DNA of 64,000 nucleotides from Tubiluchus corallicola (Eukaryota; Animalia; Priapulida): contig JAQGDQ010000102.1 in NCBI GenBank assembly GCA_030141605.1, positions 43,676 through 107,675 of the forward strand, written 5' to 3'. The stretch's first letter is position 1, and each line of letters begins with the position of its first letter. The notes beneath the pieces were generated by a model. It had not been told where the DNA came from. It saw only the letters and a program-made list of their open reading frames with translations, and searched no databases. The position numbers and the translations under genes are program-made. Shown here in pieces: positions 59,626 through 64,000 of the stretch.

Positions 59626-59866
59626 GATTGAGTGGCCGAGTGGTCTAAACTTTGGACTGCAAGTATTCAGTCTTCAGTTCGAGTTAGTTCAGGTTACAGT
59701 TCGCATATAGGGACAGACCATAGGGGCCAATTAATCGGAGCTGCTGCTAAGTTCGACCAGTTCCTTGGCCGAGCTAGGAATACTAACCGACTGCCCACTA
59801 AAGGAAACAGACAGTAGCTGAGCGTAGGCAGACTCTACGGGGGCTCTACCTAAATAGCTAAATAGC
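59626..59866 (+). mobile_element. tRNA-derived SINE
   Basis: A box TGGCCGAGTGG, B box GTTCGAGT, short tandem tail (AAATAGCT)2. Confidence 0.6.
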
Positions 59867-60882
59867 GTCTTTTTAACTATACCTCAAAGATTAAACTGTA
59901 ACCAGTCAATGAAGTAACAAAATATTAAGTTTAATGACACAATAAAAATATCAAACCGTCGTGAAATTTAGGCATTTGCAAACAATGAAAATTAGTAATA
60001 AGAAAAATTGAATCTGAGAACGCTATTATAGCAGCAATTTCAGGGCATATACCCTACATGTTATTCGTTGTTTATTCATTATTCACAGTGCCTGTTAAAT
60101 GTCTGTTAAATGAACGGTCTTGCCTTTGTCTTTTGCCTTTGTCTTTTGTCTTTGTCTTCAGCCTTTGTCTTTTGTCTGTCTTTGTCTTTGTCTTTTGTCT
60201 AAGCTTTTGTGTTTTGTAATTATGTAAATTTCAGAAAAACGTTTTAGCGTCACTCTATTGTCGATTATCAACGCCTTAGGTGTAGGCGTGAGATAAAATT
60301 TGTTTTTCGTATAAAATTATAATTCTTATACACAGGTAAACGTCGTCGTTTGTTGTAAATTGTGGTGACGATAATCGTCATTGCCATGAATGAGTTTTAT
60401 CGTTTTATAACATCAACGAGCGATTACAAGCACATTAGTAGCAAGGGTTAACCTGGGTAATTATAATTAGCAAAGAAAGAAAAATATTTCATTTAATTAG
60501 ATTAAATCAGTGAAGTTGATAAACAATTGCGGTTTATTTTACAACAATTATTATCCATTGTGGGTAATGAATTGAAGAAAGAACGGAGACGCTGAAATAT
60601 TGTGAACCAGTCGGGATTTGAACCCGAGACCTGGCATTAGTACTGGGATGATCAAACTGATTTGTACTGGTAATTCAACCAATTACATTTTATTTTCATT
60701 AGTGAACCGCTCGCTTGTCAAGTGAGACAAAATAAAGTAATGTTTTTCGAAATAGTCAGCAAGTGATATTTGATCTAGTTCTGATTCTAAACGAGCCAGA
60801 TCTTCATGCAATCTTCCATTTGAGAAAGTTAGGCTGAATGGTACAGTATTTTTGTGGTGAAGTGTTGAGTTTCAAATGCTTT

Positions 60883-61632
<750 letters not shown>

Positions 61633-61675
61633 TTTTCTACACCACACTAACCATCCAGGATCAATTGGCTTACCT

Positions 61676-61893
61676 TTAACAATACATTGCATCCAGCTTC
61701 TCCACGTCAATGGGAGAAAATCCAACTCTTTGTCCAATGCAGCTCACTGATTCACAATGGATTGGTTCAATTGTTGGCAGACCGTTTTTGGAGAAGGCGT
61801 AGGCGGAATAGTGCATCACGGAGTCGTAATCGTAGCGCTCTCCAAAATCGGTAACGACGTTTGAGCTGTACTTGTTGAAGTTATGTTCCCTAC
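61676..61893 (-). CDS. Astacin last coding exon (Met-turn)
   Basis: ttcag|GREHNFNKY...SVMHY...MYC-TAA. Confidence 0.93.
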
Positions 61894-63540
61894 CTGAACG
61901 TGTAAAAATCAACTTAAAAATACCACAGAATAAGCAAGTTCGAAAAATTGACAATCTCGGAAATAATGTCGTTTTTATAATCTTATTTGTTTCATGTTAT
62001 TGTGTATAATTAGTCAAGGCGAGAGGAGAACGTGGTTTTGAAATTAGAAACCGAAGCCAATTGTTGTAAATTAGGATAAATGATTGCTAGTGCGGACTAA
62101 AGTTTACAATTCCCACGCACAAGAAATTAGTTCGAGAAACGGATTAGGATTATAGTTAATATTAGGATTAGGGTTAGGGTTACGGCTAGGAATAGGGACA
62201 GGGATAGGGGCAGGGATAGGTTTGGGATTGGGTTGGGGTTAGGGTTAGGGATAGGGTTGGGATTAGGGTTAGGCTCAGGGATAGGGTTAGGGTTGGGTTG
62301 CGGCTAGGGCTAGGGTTATGGTTAGGACGGTAGAGTTAAAGTTAGGGTTAGGATTAGGGTATTTAAATCGCACAGGGATTGTAAACTCCTTCCTTATTGT
62401 GTGTTAAAGGAATTGATAATATTAATGTAGTTACTATCGAAAATAAGCAAGTAAGTACTTTCTGTATTGCGTAATCAACTTGTTTATGCTACAGCACGTC
62501 ACGAGGTAGTCAGTAGTAAACCAAAAGACAAAAGGATGTCTACAAAATACCAGCAATTCGAGTTTGAACGCATGTTCTAGTGTTATATACATGCATTGGC
62601 AACTTTGTCACATATGTTTGAAGCTAAAATCTCGTGCTGACAACATCTCTCTCTTCGAGCAGCTGACTTATTACTGTCATTGGTTTCTGGACTTGATAAG
62701 ATAGTGTGACTTAAAAAACACTGATACGTTCTGGATGGGTGATGGTGTACTGGTAGCCATCTTGGTAGTTAATGAAATTGGTAGTTTAGCTATTGAAACA
62801 CAGCCATCTTGTATTACTACTGGTAGTACATTATATCTAGTGAACTGTAAGACATTTGTTCATATCTGGTGTGGGAAACTGTTGGTGTGAAGTAACGTCG
62901 GGCACAGGAAAGAAGGGCTGCTGTTTGAATATTTATCAACTAGTATGTTTAGTGTACTATTTAGAGATTGTTCCTTTGATGTTATAGTTGTACTTTCAGT
63001 TAATAGATTGGAGTTGCTTAATATTAATATGTTTATTACTTAGCTATAATCTTGTGTTGTTCAGTTGTTGTATTATGTCACGTGATAGTTTGTGGTGCTA
63101 ACACGTTGCACCAATCTACAAGAATAAGACGTCAAGCATAAGTAATTGGCTTGCATATTATAAGCTACTAAATCACCCTCTAAACATTCAAGCAACAGTA
63201 CAGCACACTGTGAAAAAGAAACAACTAAAATAAAGAGTCCTTTTCTAATATCGTAAACGATTCGCTTCTATGTGAAATCCTGTTACAATTTTATAACATC
63301 AGCGTAAACATAAATGGTCTTACGGATAACCGAGTGTCCTGTGGCTAAATTAACCCCTCAAAACTAAAATACTAAAATACAAAGAAACTTGAAAAGATAG
63401 AAAAAAAGATTTAGTTAGATCCGTACTTACCATCTTGAATGTTTTCCTCATGTATGATAACCCAGTCATCTCTGTCATAAGTACTCTGCATATGATAAAA
63501 ACCAAGAGCGTGCAAAAACTCGTGCAAAGTGGAACCGTAC
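61676..63540 (-). CDS. Astacin-family (M12A) zinc metalloendopeptidase, last two coding exons; 5' exons lie outside the window
   Basis: Exon 63540-63431 encodes YGSTLHEFLHALGFYHMQSTYDRDDWV (HExxHxxGxxH). Exon 61893-61676 encodes NFNKY...YDYDSVMHY (Met-turn SxMHY)...IGQRVGFSPIDVEKLDAMYC-TAA. Confidence 0.93.
62101..62387. mobile_element. MITE-like element with degenerate (TTAGGG)n core
   Basis: AGTTTACAATTCCC ... GGGATTGTAAACT inverted ends around ~200 bp of degenerate TTAGGG. Confidence 0.55.
63431..63540 (-). CDS. Astacin exon with zinc-binding motif
   Basis: cttag|..HEFLHALGFYHMQS...ENIQD|gtaagt. Confidence 0.93.
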
Positions 63541-64000
63541 CTAAGCAAAACTTGCTATTAGCTTTTTTTACTTCAAAATGTACACAATTGGAATTTGTAA
63601 TTCCTTAACCAAAATGCTAAGAATTTCTTAGAACTTGTCTGCATTTAGAATGGGAACGACTATACATGTACTTACTGGATCTTGTTCAGAAAATTATCTC
63701 TGTTCAGAACCGAATTTAAGATTTGAAAGTCACGGTTTCAAGAACAGTATTTCTCTTTGATGTAAAATTTCGATATATCTTGTATGTTACCTTTACATTT
63801 AACATAATTTTTTTATAAAACAGTCATTGCGTTAAATTATTCACATGCCTATTAGATTAGTATCTTGGAACTAGAGAAAATCCGTCTAAACTGCCTCGGA
63901 TTTTATTCGAACAGAACTGACTTTGCTTAATGCAAATTCTATGCTTAACAGTAACAGAAATAATAACAAGTATAAACACAAACAGGAACTTTGACTTTGT

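Noticed and set aside
59626-59700. tRNA gene (Cys-like loop); similar heads at ~60610-60650 and 61572-61632
   Set aside because: A and B boxes are present, but there is no paired acceptor stem or complete cloverleaf. These fit SINE heads.
62160-62360. True telomere or chromosome fusion site
   Set aside because: Highly degenerate, single orientation, enclosed by inverted repeats inside an intron.

Overview
This is AT-rich, repeat-dense DNA from an intron-rich animal genome, probably an invertebrate; the taxon cannot be fixed from the sequence. Most ORFs in the supplied track are microsatellite or transposon artefacts. By reading GT-AG junctions by hand I reconstructed four spliced genes. (1) A complete 17-exon GABA-B-receptor-like class C GPCR (+, 10724-29768, ~865 aa) with a divergent ligand pocket and two extra copies of exon 5. 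(2) A Ctr1/SLC31 copper transporter (+, 33671-38223, 217 aa). (3) An 8-exon secreted atypical pentraxin (-, 56406-43726, 382 aa) with a furin-type pro-segment, a degenerate Ca-binding motif and a C-terminal extension. (4) The 3' part of an astacin metalloprotease (-, 63540-61676), which continues beyond the window. Introns and spacers hold TTAA-flanked Kolobok- and piggyBac-like MITEs, hAT MITEs with 8-bp TSDs, a tandem Helitron pair showing 3'-end bypass, LINE relics, tRNA-derived SINEs, a solo LTR and many micro- and minisatellites. I see no clear wholly new multi-gene system. The best leads are the orphan receptor with its duplicated ligand-loop exon and upstream E-box array, the unusual pentraxin architecture, and the Helitron read-through structure.
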